Below the pieces are notes generated by a model, which saw nothing but the letters and a program-made list of their open reading frames with translations, did no database searches and was not told the DNA's origin. A DNA stretch of 63,832 nt, counting the filler, from Neoconidiobolus thromboides FSU 785 (lineage: Eukaryota; Fungi; Entomophthoromycota), in NCBI GenBank assembly GCA_025603075.1. It is 9 parts of 9 records of this genome, joined end to end, with 100 filler letters (N's around TTAATTAATTAA, not from the genome) between each part and the next. Parts side by side here need not be neighbours in the genome. Positions count along the whole stretch, not along the records: positions 62,348 to 63,832 come from MU626958.1; 8 more parts are not named here. One strand, given 5' to 3'. Numbering within the stretch: position 1 is the stretch's first letter; every line of letters starts with the position of its first letter. The position numbers and the translations under genes were made by a program. This document shows, one piece after another, positions 63,039 to 63,832 of this stretch.

Positions 63039-63136
63039 GAGGATGAATTTTTCTGTTTAGGAATTTTACTACAATCTTTCTACTCAAATAGCGCTTAAAA
63101 AATGGAAAAATAATGAAACTAAAAAAAACAGTCCTC
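63039..63136 (-). mobile_element. MITE copy inside transposase
   Basis: GAGG...CCTC, CTAT/TTAT flanks; empty site CC-CTAT-TGTATT at ~26735. Confidence 0.88.
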
Positions 63137-63602
63137 TTATTGCATTGAAATTTTGAAAAATTCCATTTGGAAAGTTTAGTTATGAAAGTTTGTATTTTAT
63201 TTTTATTTCTATTTCAACAAAAAATAAAGTCAAATAACTGTATATATATAATTATATAATCATATAGTTATATATTATATATCTATTAAATATCTAACAG
63301 GAAATAACATAAAGCATATAATTAGGAAAGTTACTATTTGAGAAAAGGAAACAATTGAAATAAGTTTTAAGTAAAGAGATTTAATTTCAAGCCTTTTAGA
63401 TTTAACTATCACGTTAAAGATACAAATTTAAAAACTTAAAATTTGTGTTAACTAAGTAAATTCTGAAACCAATTCAGACAACCCCGGATGCTTTCAGTTT
63501 GATAAATGACTAAAAAACATACAACCATTTTAATACTTTATTGTTTATTTAATATATTAGCTTATCTAACTTTGTTTCTAATAGTAACAAAAATCCCCAT
63601 AT

Positions 63603-63697
63603 GGGGATGTATTTTTTGTTTAAGAACTTTACTAACAATCTTTCTGCTAAATAGCGCTCAAAAAATGGAAAAAGTGATGAAACCAAAAAATATCCCT
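63603..63697 (-). mobile_element. MITE copy
   Basis: GGGGATG...TATCCCT. Confidence 0.8.
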
Positions 63698-63741
63698 AAA
63701 TCTATAATCTATTGTTGTACTCTCTCTTGGAATTAACATAT

Positions 63742-63832
63742 GGGGATGTTTTTTTTGATTTCATTATTTTTACATCTTTTAAGCGTTATTTAAGTGGAAA
63801 AATTGCTAGTAAAATTCTTAAATACAAAAACA
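63742..63832 (+). mobile_element. MITE copy, truncated by window end
   Basis: ATAT-GGGGATGTTTTTTT...GTAAAATTCTTAAATACAAAAACA. Confidence 0.85.

Larger units (their letters stand above)
62369..63485 (-). mobile_element. Sola-like transposon copy, 5' part, with three nested MITEs
   Basis: TIR AAACCAATTCAGACAACCCC at 63485; collinear with 26230-27065. Confidence 0.75.

Noticed and set aside
1149-63832. MITE copies as a CRISPR-like repeat-spacer array or a structured ncRNA family
   Set aside because: Copies are dispersed in both orientations with kb-scale irregular spacing, have TIRs and TSDs, and have demonstrable empty sites; no cas genes.

Overview
AT-rich (GC roughly 25% by eye) eukaryotic, intron-containing fungal DNA. 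It is probably from an early-diverging fungus; Entomophthorales/Conidiobolus-like is an inference, not a match. The window is nine contigs joined by artificial 100-nt spacers (N44-TTAATTAATTAA-N44), so adjacency across gaps is not evidence. Recognisable genes: a CSL/LAG-1 transcription factor, a tetraspanin, PP4R3/Psy2, tRNA-Gly(TCC), a PH-domain protein, SPF27, a sterol O-acyltransferase, an FAD monooxygenase, two trypsin-family proteases, a trihelix Myb factor, an aldo-keto reductase, two bacterial-type amidohydrolases, a mitochondrially targeted Fe-S L-serine dehydratase, MRE11 and a multicopper oxidase fragment. Intergenic DNA is dominated by a three-part mobile element set: about 29 copies of a ~98-bp MITE (GRG...CYC ends, mostly 4-bp TSD), five decayed copies of a Sola-like DDD transposon with related ends (one full length), and a ~465-bp TG...CA solo-LTR-like element. 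The most striking observations: (1) inverted paralog pairs bracket unique segments and show patchwork identity, most clearly two trypsins identical everywhere except the two S1-specificity loops (D189/G226 versus N189/A226); (2) CSL consensus sites lie upstream of the CSL gene itself; (3) both CpGs in the MITE show decay on both strands.
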